Below, one piece after another: positions 25,585-38,233 of a DNA stretch of 64,000 nt (the stretch's first letter is position 1; each line of letters opens with the position of its first letter). A program made the translations under genes and the position numbers. The notes beneath the pieces are model-generated. The model was not told where the DNA came from. It did no database searches and saw nothing but the letters and a program-made list of their open reading frames with translations. Origin of the DNA: Felis catus (taxonomy: Eukaryota); assembly GCF_018350175.1 (NCBI RefSeq), contig NC_058373.1:110052001-110116000 (forward strand), given 5' to 3'.

Positions 25585-27420
25585 TCTGCCCTTCACGTGC
25601 TCCTGCTCTGTCTCTCAAAAATAAATGCTATATATATGTTTGTGTGTATCTATATCTATATATCTATATCTATATCTATATCTATCTATATCTAGATGCA
25701 ATACAAGTCCTTTGTTGAGTGTATATGAATTGCAGATATCTTCTCTGATTCTGTGGCTTGCCTTCTCAATCTTTCAATGAATAGACATTCATGATTTTAA
25801 TGTAGTTCAACTTTATCAACTTCCTTTTTTGGTGGCTAGTACGTTCTATGTCCTGTAAAGAAATCTTTTCCTTTGCTAACATCTTGGAGATATTCTCTTA
25901 CACTCTTTTCTTGAATAGTTCTGTCCAATGGGAGTTTCTGCAATGATGGTAATGATCTGTAGCTGTACCGTACAGAACAGTAGCCACTGGTCTCTTGTGC
26001 CTATTGAACACTTGAAATGTGGCTAGTATGACTGAGGAACTAAATTTTAAATTTTGTTTATTTAACTTAAATAATAGCCACATGTGGCTAGTGACTATCG
26101 TATTGGACAGCACAGTTCTGAAAGCTTAATTGTTTCGCATTTTTACATTTAGAGCTACAATCTTTCGAGAATGAATTTTTTTTTGAGCATGTTAGATTAA
26201 AGCAGTCAAGATAATTTTCTTTGCATGTGGCTGTCCAGTTGACCCAACATCATGTATTGAAAAGACCATCATTTCCCTACTGTCCTGTAGTGTCAGTAAC
26301 TTCAAAAACCAAGTAACCGTATATGTGTGGCTCCCTTGTCAGATTGTCAGTTCTGTTCCATTGTTTATCCCTGCTGACCAATGCTATAGTATGTCTGTTT
26401 CTATAGCTATATAGAAAAGTCTTGATATCTGATAGTGTCCAACTTGTTCTTTGGGATCATCTTGGTTATTCCTTGCTATTTGCATTTTCATATAATTTTT
26501 TAAATTGAGATGTAATTGGCATTTGCCATTGTGTAAGTTTAAGGTACATGGCATGTTGATTTGATATTCATATGAGTTTTATAAATAACCTGTTCATTTA
26601 CATACAATCTGTTGGAATTTTAATGAGGATTGCGTTGAATGTATAAGTTGGAAAAAGTTGGCATTGGTAAAATTTGCATTGTTTAATCTATGAATCCAGT
26701 ATTTTTATTATTGCTCTGTCCAAAATATTTCATGTTCACTATGATTTCTTATTTGACCTATGGGTTCTCTAACATTCTATCGCTGAATATCCAAATAGTT
26801 GGGGATTTTGTTTGTTATATCTTTGTTATTGATTTCTAGCTTAATTTCAGTGTGGTCAGAGAATACCATCTGTATGGTTTCGGTTCTTCAAAACTGCTGA
26901 AACTTGTTTTATGGCTCAATTTTAGTAAATATTTTATATGGATTTGAAAAGAATGTTGATTCTGCCATTTGAGGTACAATGGAGTATGCCAATCAGATCA
27001 GGTTTATTAATTGTGTTGGTCACATCTACTGTTACTGGTTGTCTGGAGAATCCATTAATTATTAAGAGAAGTGCACTTCTCTCAATAATACATGTTACTA
27101 TGTTTGTAGGTTTGTCTTTTAAAGTTTTCCATAGGTGTTATCTTACTGCCTCCAAAAAATCGGAACGAATTTTTGTGTTTACCAGCAACATGGAAAAATC
27201 CAGTTTCTCACATTCTCACTAGATGATAACATCACTAGATGTTATCTTTAAAAATTTTTTGCCTGTGTTATAAATGAAGGAACTGTCCCTCTTGCTGTAT
27301 ACATTTTGCTTTCTTAAATGACTAGCGAGGTGATTTTTTACATATTTGATGGCAATTTTTTTTTCTTTTTTGGGACTCATATATTTGACTATTTTGTTCT
27401 GTATGTGTTTTTGTTTCCTA
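23700..27420. mobile_element. Old L1M fragments (mostly minus strand) with a nested SINEC (~25412-25626, +) and MER3
   Basis: T-rich antisense L1 phrases (gttgatgggcatt, ctaggagtggatttgc, gaaaagaccatc); boundaries approximate. Confidence 0.6.
25916..26115. mobile_element. MER3-like hAT-Charlie element
   Basis: ctgtccaat ... attggacagcacag inverted ends; internal tagccac/gtggcta palindromes. Confidence 0.8.
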
Positions 27421-27816
27421 TTGGTTTGTAATCAAGGATGCGTTCTAACTGGCTCAGTCTCTTGGAAGGCACTCTAGAGTAGGATCTCAGCTTAGGTCAA
27501 TTCAGTTGAGAGTGACAGGTGTTGAGCACCCAAGAAGTGCTCTGTAAGCATGTTGGAGGGATGAATAGGGGCTTGCCCTCCGTGGAACGAAATGCCTGAA
27601 CAAGGGCAGGAGCAACCCAAGTCCACTGAAAGAAAGCCTAAGCGTAGCCCGAGATTCCAAATGCTGTTATTCAAGGATTTGTCTAGTGCTTTTTCCACCA
27701 TGAGTAGGCTCTCACTGCTACCTGATTCTTTTCAGGTCTTGTTTTGGCTGAAGGTTTAGCCTCAATGCTTTTAACTTACGATTTGTATGTGTCGACTATT
27801 ATTATGTGTTCCTTAG

Positions 27817-27998
27817 ATCGAAGAGCTTGCCCGGACTCTTTCTTGCAATTACAATCAACCTTCCTTGGACAGTGTGAGTGTGGCTGACTCATCTCCTACC
27901 TCAAGTCCTCCAGCCAAGAAATGCTCCAAAGCCCAAGAAAGATGGCAGATGTCTGCAAAGAAGGCTCTTCTCTTGTGGGCTCAGGAGCAATGTGCCCC
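27817..27998 (+). CDS. SYNE2: SYNE2 exon ~7 (182 nt): Ser-rich CH1-CH2 linker and start of CH2, IEELARTLSCNYNQPSLDSVSVADSSPTSSPPAKKCSKAQERWQMSAKKALLLWAQEQCA
   Basis: ccttag|ATC...CC|gtaagt; SAKxALLLW CH2 motif. Confidence 0.96.
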
Positions 27999-28782
27999 GT
28001 AAGTAGTTTGCTCTGACCACGGGAGACACACAGGGTGACTTTACCCGCTAACACAACCTTACTGACTCCAGGTCTGAAAATAAGGCTGACTGGGTATATA
28101 ACATACGTCGGAACACTTCCCTCTCCTAAAAGGAAAATGTTTAGTATCCTCCTTTCTTTTGGAGTGAATCTTCCAAATGTAGAGGTTTGTGAACTCAGCC
28201 ACACTAGGGGCTTTTTAAAAGTCAGGACTACATTTTTCTTGACTGTGTATCCCCAGAAGCTAGCACAATGTAAGTTCCTGGTAGGCGCTCCATAAATGCG
28301 TATTGAATGAATAAATGAACAAATGAAGGAAAAAGGAATCAACACATAAAATTATCCCTTGGAACTGTATAGGACTACATTAAAACACCACAGTCCCCAT
28401 TGTTTAGAAATTTGTAGCTCAGTCAAGGAACAGAAGCCAGAAAATAGGAGTTTTTTTTTTTTTTTTTTTTAAGTGGGGATGATGATAGCAAGTTAGTGTC
28501 CAGAAATTCTGTTTTATAAAGAAAAAGGTTTGCTCTTGGCAGACATTTACTTTTTCATTTTAAACACTTGCTGGGATGGGATTTAGGAAAAATAAGGAGT
28601 TAGGATGCAGAACTCCCCGTGAGATGAGCTGTAGAGTTCAAATGGCCTTTCTTCTCCCATCGTAGCATGGTCTGCATAAATAGAGGCATAACTGTGTCGC
28701 TAAGACCTCACAAATGGTGGGCTTCTGAGTAACTTCTTCCCAGTAGTAGGCTAGGATGTTAACTTCTGCCTCTGGCCTTTCT

Positions 28783-29002
28783 TTTTTTTTTTTTTTTTTC
28801 AACGTTTATTTATTTTTGGGACAGAGAGAGACAGAGCATGAACGGGCGAGGGGCAGAGAGAGAGGGAGACACAGAATCGGAAACAGGCTCCAGGCTCTGA
28901 TCCATCAGCCCAGAGCCTGACGCGGGGCTCGAACTCCCGGACCGCGAGATCGTGACCTGGCTGAAGTCGGACGCTTAACCGACTGCGCCACCCAGGCGCC
29001 CC
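28783..29002 (-). mobile_element. Young felid SINEC
   Basis: Long uninterrupted T tract; CpGs intact. Confidence 0.93.
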
Positions 29003-30306
29003 AACCTTTCTTTAGTTGTCATGCATCCTCTGTATTTCGTGAAGGACAAAAAGACATACAGATCTTACAAGGTTTTACATACAGCAAGTGGACTTTTTCT
29101 TGAATCTTCTAGAGATGGTTTTACTTCCGTTTTCTATATTTTTTAATCCAAAAGAATCCAAAATAAATAATAATAATAATTCTATATTTTTTAATCGAAA
29201 ATAATAATGTGTGAAGAGCATTATCAAATCATATTCAGACTTGTTTCATTTATCTGTAAATAAATTTCAAACCACTTGGAAGTCCAAATGTTTTGCCACA
29301 GTTTACCTTTTCTCCATGTCTTTCCCTACTTTCCAACTATGAGCTGTGCTAAACTTGTCAAGATGTAGTGAATCCTTCTGAAGTAACTCATCAGGAGTTT
29401 ATTCTAGTTTGGGCCCTCACTGGTGGCATTTTTAGGGGGCTTACTTCGATATTCTATGTGTCCCTGGAACTCATCCGAGATCCAGACTATGGGGAGACTA
29501 TGTTGTAAGAAATGTGTCGTGTTCTCTCGTTTCTGAAGGAGATGAAGCGGGGACCCGGTTTGCAACTTCTAAATGAGCTGAGGTCCTGCCAGTCACTCTG
29601 GAGCCCTAACCCGCCCTCTCTAACCCCTGGCAGCAGCGTGTTCTCTGTGGGATTGGCATCCACTCGTCAGTGCAGAGCCCATCTCACAGCCTGGGGCTTT
29701 ATTGAGGGCAGCGCCTGCCAGTCAGCACTTAGCCGGTTCTGATCCCCGCTCTGCCCTGCCCTCGGCCCCAGCCGTCCCTTTAGCCAGTTGTGCTTAGTGT
29801 TCTGAAGCCCGGAGCCTGCGCTCGAGTCGTGGCTCCCAGCAGTTTCTAACTGGTGACTTCAGCTACTGAATCTCTTTGCGTTGGAGTTTCCTCAATCATA
29901 AAACTGTGGATAATACTAACACTTCATAGCGTTATTAGGTGTATTATAAAAATTATAATATTATAATATTATAAAAATTAGGTGTATTATAAAAATTATT
30001 TTTTAAGTATTTAGAACAGTTTCTGAACAAAGTGTGGACCGCATAAAGATTTGTTAAGCAAGACAAAAATCATCGAATACCATGTAGTTTTATCACAGTC
30101 ATAGTTTAGGCGTTTTTTCCTAAGAGGTTCAGGAAAGCCCAGGTCATCTGAAGTTGACTATTTCTCGAGTGGTTTTTCTCATTTGATTGATACCTTAAAT
30201 GGGTCCATTGAATTTCCTCATATTTTTTATGACATATTACAGGAAAATACAGTTGTCCTGGATTATTTCCCACATAGGCAACTGTGCTCTTAAAACATCT
30301 TCACTG

Positions 30307-30529
30307 GGGGCGCCAGGGTGGCTCATTCGGTTAAGCCTCCGACTTTGGCTCAGGTCACGATCTCGCGTTCCGTGAGTTCGACACCGCGTCAGGCTCTGGG
30401 CTGATGGCTCGGAGCCTGGAGCCTGTTTCCGATTCTGTGTCTCCCTCTCTCTGACCCTCCCCTGTTCATGCTCTGTCTCTCCCTGTCTCAAAAATAAATA
30501 AAACGGTAAAAAAAAAATTAAAAAAAAAC
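30307..30529 (+). mobile_element. Felid SINEC
   Basis: TSD aaaacatcttcactg. Confidence 0.92.
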
Positions 30530-30905
30530 ATCTTCACTGATCCCTTGTCAAATGCAGAGTTGGATTGATGGAATGATTTGAAATATATATATATTAAGCA
30601 CATTTATATGCCAGCTACCATTTGGGGATGAGTCTACTGTAGGAGACAAGGAGGACACGGCCCTTGCTTTCCAGGGGCTTGGCCCACAGCAGATGGATCA
30701 ATGTCATAACTACAGTTGGCAGTAAGGTCAGGAAGGACTTACGATGATTGAGAATGTCAAAGGTGGGAGGGTGGCTTTTATCTGAGGCGACCATGGAGCA
30801 CCTTTCTGAGAAAGAGACCTTTGAGTGAAGACTGAAGGAGAAGGCTTCAGGTGTATGAAGATCTGGGAGAAAGAGCATCCGCGCAGAGGGATTAAAAGGA
30901 GCGTG

Positions 30906-31291
30906 GGGGTGCCTGGGTAGCGCAGTCGGTTGAGCATCCCACTCTTGTTTTTGGCTCAGGTCATGACCCCAAGGTTGTGGGATCGAGTCCCGTGAGTCCC
31001 GTGTTGGGCTCTGTGCTGGGCATTGAGCCTGCTTTATACTCTCTCTCACTCTCTCTTTCTCTCTGTCTTTCTCTCTTCCCCTCTCCTTCTGTCCCTCACC
31101 CCCACTTGCACTCTCTCTCTAAAATAAAACTTTAAAAAGAGCACGGTGTTGAGAAAGGAACGAAGCCAGAGTGGCTACAACATTGTAAGAGAGGGAGATA
31201 CAAGGGTAGAAGTTGTAGGCAGGGGACAAACTATGTTAGGCCTCGTGGGCCAGACTGAGAGATGTTATTCCGATAAGCTATGGCAGGGTTT

Positions 31292-31329
<38 letters not shown>

Positions 31330-31486
31330 CATAGGTGGGAGAGGAGCAGAGAGGGAGGGGGAGAGAGAGAGAGAGAGAGAATTTTAAGCATGCCCAACTC
31401 AGGGCTAAATCTCATGATGGTGAGATCACAGCCCGAGCTGAAATCAAGAGTTGGCTACTTAACCGACTGAGCCACCCAAGGGCCCC
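30906..31486. mobile_element. Two SINECs (+ ~30906-31130; - ~31290-31486) within L2 sequence
   Basis: Heads and tails visible. Confidence 0.82.
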
Positions 31487-32089
31487 GACAGGGTTTTTGG
31501 TTTTGAAAAAAAATTTTTTTATTGTAGTAAAACATATAGAACATAAAATTTACCATTTTAACATTTTTAAATGTCCAGTTCAGTGGCATTAAGTACATTC
31601 ATACTGTGATGTAACCATCACCACTATCCATCTCCAGAACTTTTCTCATCTTATGAAACTAAAACTCTCTCCCAGCCTTCCCTCCCGTAGCCAGTGGTCT
31701 ACTTTTCTTTATCTATGAATTTCATTACTCAAGGTGCCTTACATGAGTGGAATCATACAGGATTTGCTCTTTGGTGACCGGTTTCTTATACTCTGCATAA
31801 TACCGTCAAGGTTCTTCCATGTTGTAAGATGGGTCAGAACGTCTTTCTTTTTTAGGGCCGAATAATATTCCACTATATCAATACATCACATTCTGTTTAT
31901 CCATTCATCTGTGATGACTAGTTTTAAGCAGAGGAGTGATAAGCTACTGACCATTAAAGTGGCACAATGTATCATATAATATGTTCTAACGAGAAAGAAA
32001 TTGTTTCCGCTAGTGAAAGGGACTTAATTACACGTAGAAGTCTAAAGCCAGTGCCGAGCCAACAGATTCCTGAATGAAGAGCATTAAAC

Positions 32090-32262
32090 TTGCGTGGCTG
32101 TTGTCACTTGGAGGGCTTTTGGAGACACAGATTTCAGACCTACCTGCGGAGTTTAATGCAGTAGGTTTGGGGTTGCGTCCAACTGAGAATTTGTATTTCT
32201 AGCACTTGCAGCCCAGGTGACGCTGATGCTGCTGGTCCAAGGGCCACACTTTGAGCACCAAT
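32090..32262. mobile_element. MER5-like hAT-Charlie element
   Basis: gaatttgtatttcta...ggtgacgctgatgctgctggtcc...cacactttgag. Confidence 0.7.
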
Positions 32263-32459
32263 GTTCTGCGGTACCATGAGCCTCATCAAAGCTGACATTT
32301 CACTTTCATATGCCCACAAGATTAAAATAAAATGTTTTCCTAGAATATGTGATGTATTTGATTCACTGAAATCTGTTTTCATTACTATTGAATATGGTGG
32401 ATGTGCTTTGATGTATTCTTTTAAATAGTATTTATCATGTTTTTGTCCTTTTGTGATAG

Positions 32460-32656
32460 GTGTGAGTCTGTCAGTGTGACAGATTTTAAGTCAAGCTGGA
32501 GAAATGGGATGGCTTTTTTGGCTGTCATTCATGCCTTGCGACCAGACCTAATTGACATGAAGACAGTGAAGCATAGATCCAACAAAGACAATCTGAAAGA
32601 GGCCTTTGGAATTGCCGAACGGGAATTTAAAATCCCCAAGTTGCTAGAACCAGAAG
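32460..32656 (+). CDS. SYNE2: SYNE2 exon ~8 (197 nt), CH2: CESVSVTDFKSSWRNGMAFLAVIHALRPDLIDMKTVKHRSNKDNLKEAFGIAEREFKIPKLLEPE
   Basis: tgatag|G...G|gtaaag; F..SWRxG.AF.A.IH..RPDLID motif. Confidence 0.97.
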
Positions 32657-32681
32657 GTAAAGAAGCTTCTTTCTTTTAAAA

Positions 32682-32894
32682 TTTTTTTTTTCAACGTTTA
32701 TTTATTTTGGGGACAGAGAGAGACAGAGCATGAACGGGGGAGGGGCAGAGAGAGAGGGAGACACAGAATCGGAAACAGGCTCCAGGCTCTGAGCCATCAG
32801 CCCAGAGCCTGACGCGGGGCTCGAACTCACGGACCGCAAGATCGTGACCTGGTTGAAGTCGGACGCTTAACTGACTGCGCCACCCAGGCGCCCC
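32682..32894 (-). mobile_element. Young felid SINEC just downstream of exon ~8
   Basis: TSD-like gcttctttcttttaaaa (32665-32681) and gcttattctttttaaaa (32895-32911). Confidence 0.93.
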
Positions 32895-34054
32895 GCTTAT
32901 TCTTTTTAAAACACTGTCCAGTGTGAAGTTGGCTGGGAAATGTAAACAGTACCTCTACATAAACAAACATAACGGTATTATCGCCCCGGAGGGTTTAATA
33001 ACTTAAACTCTTTATTAAATTTCATGACACTAAGAATTCCTACCAATTCATTAACTTCAGTAATTGCCAGGATGACAAGACAGCTGAAAGCAAGCAATGC
33101 TGTTATTGGAAATAATTTGAGTCTTTGTCTTAGTTTTCTTTCATTGTGTTCTACATCGTGTTCCCTTGATTCTGTTATTCTGTTCTAAAAGCTCCCTGGT
33201 AAGACCGTTCTTTGGGTTAACGTATTTCCCCTCTCCACTCTTTCCCCCTAGGTAAAGCTGAACTTCTTTGAGGACAGAAACTCTTGTTTGTTTGTTTGTT
33301 TGTTTGTTTCGCCCTCTGTGGCTGGCTAGTCTTTGCCGTGATTATGCTCGACACGTTGTGTGGTATGGTTAACGACCACAGCAAAATCCTAAATACGGGT
33401 TTTGTTCAAAGAGATGATTATGTAAACTTCACAAAATTAAGATTAAGGTGATTTAATTCTTTGGGAAAGCACTTTGCTGTGGGTTGTATTGTTTCTTAAT
33501 GTACCAATGCTTATTAAAAATCCCAGTAAGCTCATAAAAGGGGTGTGTAGGATTCGCGAAGATTACAATGCACTGACAAATTAAGAAGTACACATTCTAG
33601 TTTCAGCTGTACAACCAGGGGTGTGTAGGTAATGTGTGACTGGGTCTCCAGAGCAATGCGTGTGTGTGCCTGAGCATGTGTGGATACATACACACGTCTA
33701 TCACAAATATTACTAATATAAGGCACATGTAGCACACAGTTTACAAATGATAAGAAAATGTGTGATACACTTCATTATGAATTCCACATAGCCCCAGATG
33801 TTTTTGTTGATTCTCACCAAACGCTTGTATCCACCTGCAGCCAACTTATGGTTGCGGTCGCTGGACACGTGGCGTCCTGACATGAATGGTAGCAAATAAT
33901 TGTCTTTATGTTCATGAGTAAGTATGACAATAAAGATGTTTGTTGGAACTTGACTTGTTCTTCAACATGTGAATGACTTTTTTTGCTGAACCTAATATTG
34001 GAAGAATATTTCCTCATTTTTTTGTGCAATTTCACAGCTCTAGATAGGACATGC

Positions 34055-34289
34055 TTTTTTTTTTTTTTTTTTTTTGTCTTTCAGAGTTTACTTATTGTGA
34101 GAGAGGGAGAGAGAGCACGCAAGCGGGGTAGAGGCAGAGAGAAAGGGAGAGAGGGAGAGAATCCAAAGCAAGTTCCACACTGTCAATGCAGAGCCCGACT
34201 TGGGGCTCTATCTCACGAACGGTGAGATCATGACCTGAGCCCAGATCAAGAGTCTGATGCTTAACCGACTGAGCCACCCAGGTGCCCCT
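34055..34289 (-). mobile_element. SINEC
   Basis: TSD tagataggacatgctttt / tagacaggacgtactttt. Confidence 0.88.
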
Positions 34290-34329
34290 AGACAGGACGT
34301 ACTTTTAAACTTAACGTGCGTTATTAACA

Positions 34330-34660
34330 TTTTCTCCATCCCTTTCTTTGTAATCAACATACAAGAAATCAAGCCCTCATTTGCTGATTTTTGTGGTTGT
34401 GTGTGGTTTGAACATTGCCACCACGGCCGATTCCGGTATGAAGTCACTGAACACGGAGTAGGGAAAAGATGTGCAACCCTAATGCACCATTATGTAGTTT
34501 TCTTTTTCTTTCTTTTTTTTTTTTTTAATGTAGTTTTCTATCTTACAGGTGCAACAGAGGTAAGTAACCTCAAGAGCACCGGTAATAGTAAAATGTGGTA
34601 AAATAGTTGGGAAGTGGTGAGTTTTGAGTGTTTATTACATTTGTTTTAATATGTTTTATT
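34330..34660. mobile_element. Possible hAT-Tip100-like DNA transposon fragment
   Basis: gaagtcactgaacacggagtagggaaaagatgtgca resembles recalled Arthur/ORSL-type sequence; family uncertain. Confidence 0.4.
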
Positions 34661-34819
34661 TGATTGTTCATGTATATAATTTAATTTTTTTTAATTAAAA
34701 AAAAATCACCTGGCTGAGGTAGTGTTTGCCAGGTTGCTTCCCTGTGAAGCGATTTTTTTTTTGTTTCCCTCTTCCTGTGTTGTACTCTTTGGGAAGTCAG
34801 TATGTGTAGCCGACACTTA

Positions 34820-34990
34820 GGAGGGGGAGGGGCAGAGAGAACGAGAGAGAGGGAGACACAGAATCTGAAGCAGGCTCCAGGCTCTGAGCCGTCAGCACAG
34901 AACCTGATGGGGGGCTCGAACCCACCAGCCATGAGATCACGACCTGAGCCGAAGTCGGACAGTTAACCGGCTGAGCCCCCCAGGCGCCCC
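34820..34990 (-). mobile_element. SINEC lacking its tail, within L1 sequence
   Basis: Head and body present; no poly-T. Confidence 0.8.
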
Positions 34991-36476
34991 TCCAACCATT
35001 TATTTATATCAATATGGGCTTATGGACATTTCATTTTCTACTTTGGGTTGTACCCTAATACTGTTTTGTGTATTTAACTGCTCAAATTAAAAAAACATTT
35101 TTTTAACTCAAAGATTCAGCCATTAGGAGCTCTTTTAGCTAGCTCCTTTGCCCCTTTGACATACTGCCCTCCATGTGGCGTTTCCTTGTTTGCTTTTGAG
35201 CACATCCCTATTTCCTGGCGCTGCAAGATGCTCCAGGCTCATCTTGGATGTTTCCTACCCCAGTGGGATCAACCATCTCCCCAGGGAGTACCGGTTTCTT
35301 TCACTGGAGAATGGGATTAGAAGCTAAGATCTGGGCACTAGCTATGCGGGGTCTTAGCCTTCTTGGACCTCAGTTGAATTAGGTGGTATTTCTAAGTTAA
35401 GAGTTAGCCTAATGGTTTCATGTTTTTGTATATTAGGTTTGTCATTGCTCTGGTTTATGTTGCTTGTTGATAATTCTTCTTGTTAACTCTCCCTTCCTTA
35501 TTTGTTCTCGCCTCCCTTTTCTTTCTTTCTTCCTTTTCTCCCATTCTTTGTCTTTTCTCTTTCCTTTTTGGCTTTTCATTATCTTTTTTCTTTTCTTTGT
35601 GTTTCCTCATGTTTTGTTTTATCCCCTTGTCTGATTACTATTTGTTTTTTTAATACTCCTTTCATGTTGTGATTCTCTAAATATCAGTGTAAAGTATTTT
35701 TTCTCTTTTAGTATGTAAAAGTAATTCAGCAAATAATGTGACAGTATAAAAAAGCCAAATTTCCACTGTATAAATGGTTGCCCATAATTCACTTTAAATA
35801 GCTTAAACAATAGCTCAAAATGTGAAATACGTCATTATTTCTGCAAACTAAATGCTGTTGTCATATTTGAATAAGAGAATTATCTTTTGACAATTTTATT
35901 AAAACATTTAATCACTGTGCATGACTTCATATACAATAAAGCTTTTATTTATTTCTAATTTTTTCATGCAGTAAAGTTTTTGAAAAGAAACATCTAGTTA
36001 AGCCAGTATAATTATTTTATGTATCTCTTGATGTACTTTTACTTTTTTTTACTTACGCTTTTTTTCAGTAAAAGAATAACTCTGCTCTTAGGGATCCTTC
36101 CTTTATTGAAACTCCACCCCTAACTTTTTATCGATACCTTTTATATGTCTACTGTGTTGAATCTTTTAATTTGGATATAGATTAGATTCATGTTCTCCCT
36201 CAGCCTACTTAGAATAGTCATTGGGTCCAGTAAACACATTTGCTGAAGCATGCATAGTGTGTTATATTTCTTTGTTGTTTGTTTTTCTCCTAACAGTAAG
36301 CTCCTTGAGGGGCAGATCATGTCCTCAGGCATCTAGCATTTACTCAAGTGTCTTGCATCCACTTGTTGAATGAGTGAGGGCAAGAATGAGCCTTACATAT
36401 CTTGCTTGTGACCTGCATTTGTTGACTCTCTATAAATATTTGATGAGTTTATTTTAACTGAATTAATAATCACAAA

Positions 36477-36702
36477 AGGAGCGCCTGGGTGGATCAGTCG
36501 GTTAAGCGTCCAACTTCAGCTCAAGTCATGATCTCACGTTTTGTGGGTTTGAGTCCTGCACTGGGCTCGGTGCTGACAGCTCAGAGCCTGGAGCCTGCTT
36601 TGGATTCTATGTCTCCCTCTTTCTCTGCCCTCCCCTGCTCTTGCTCTCTCTCTCTCTCTGTCTCTCTCTCAAAAATAAATAAACATTAAAAAAATTAAAA
36701 AT
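36477..36702 (+). mobile_element. SINEC
   Basis: Head, (CT)n and A tail. Confidence 0.9.
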
Positions 36703-37459
36703 AAACACAAATGATTTCCTTTTCAATATCTTCGTAGTTGTTTTGGCAACATATCAAAAGATAGCCCAAAATTATGTGTTCATTTTGTTTGTAACATATT
36801 GTGATCCCTTTGGATTTTGTGATCTATCTAATTTGTTTTATGTCTGGAGAAGGTCTGCGCTTATGGAATTTATAATCTTTTTACTTTGTTTAAATTCAGC
36901 ATTTTCCAATGTTTTTTCACCACGGACTTTGTTAATGCAGTACAAAGACTGGCCCACAGAAGGCTCTGAGTAATTACATTTGTTCCACAAATGAAGAAAT
37001 AAAATCTTGTGGATGTCTTGAATAAGTTTTCCATAGAACCTATGCTTTTGGAAATGCTCTACTGCGCACTTCCTGAGACTGGTGTGACAGGAGTGGGTTC
37101 TAGTTGCTGTACGTTCCTACACTGTACACTCCTGGAGGAGTTTCCATACCGTGTCTCTGAAAAGCTGCATTTTCTCTGTTCCACTCTCCCTCTCTACTTA
37201 CGCTCTTCTGCCTACAACAGGCGTAGTGGAAATTGAGGCTGTGCATTTACTACTGCCAGGGTTCAACTCAGCTCTGACTCTGGATCTAAGCTCTTAGCCA
37301 ATGCACAGCCTTGGAGCAAGGGCGACTGACCACAGAGATTTGCACGGCTGGTTAGCTGCTTTGGTTTATTCCAAGGCTATCTCATGGCATGGCCTGTTCT
37401 TGGGTAGTAATTGTAGGAAATCACATCTATAGTAATTGATCCTGTGGCACATCTTGCAG

Positions 37460-37560
37460 ACGTGGACGTTGTTAATCCTGATGAAAAGTCAATCATGACT
37501 TATGTGGCACAATTTCTACGGTATTCGAAGGATGCATCTGGGACTGGAGCTGAAGCTCAG
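37460..37560 (+). CDS. SYNE2: SYNE2 exon ~9 (101 nt), end of CH2: DVDVVNPDEKSIMTYVAQFLRYSKDASGTGAEAQ
   Basis: cttgcag|AC...CAG|gtatgt; PDEKSIMTYV motif. Confidence 0.97.
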
Positions 37561-38054
37561 GTATGTCCTCATAAGTGTGTCTCAAGCTCATTTTTGTTGT
37601 ATGCTACCAATGGCTTCATTCTAAAAATTGAGGTGTAATTTGCACCTAGAGCTGAAATGTGCAGTTCTATGAATTTTGACAAATGCATACACCCAGGTAA
37701 CCCATATAACAATCATGATGTGACACGTTTCTCTTACCCAGAATGTTCCAGTGTTCCTCTTTCCTGTCTGTACTCCGCACCCCAGGCAACCAGTGTTCCA
37801 GTTTCTTTCACTGTGGATTTATTTCTCCTGTTTTTTTTTCTTTTTTCATTTTTAAGCTAAAAGTGGTAATTTATTAAACTTTGCTGACTTATCGAAAATA
37901 ACTTTTACATAGACGCCGTATAGGACAAATTACGTTTAGCACTGGAACTTGAAAAGTTCTAGAGCTACCTCATTTTTGTCTATTTTGATCTTCACAGCTT
38001 TTTAAAGATTTAATCCACATATCATAAAATAAACCATTTAAAGTTTATAATTCA

Positions 38055-38198
38055 GGGTTGCCTGGGTGGCTCAGTCAGGTAAGCATCTGACTTCCACCCA
38101 GGTCATGATCTCACAGCTCATGAGTTTGAGCCCCGCGTCGAGCCTGGAGCCTGCTTCAGATTCTGTGTCTCCTTCTCTCTGCCTCTCCCCTTCTCGTG

Positions 38199-38233
<35 letters not shown>

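Noticed and set aside
27896..28345. 149-aa ORF antisense to exon ~7
   Set aside because: Non-ATG start in L2-derived sequence and no homology evident.
35470..35640. T/C-rich low-complexity stretch
   Set aside because: No periodic unit and no nearby exon; treated as simple sequence.
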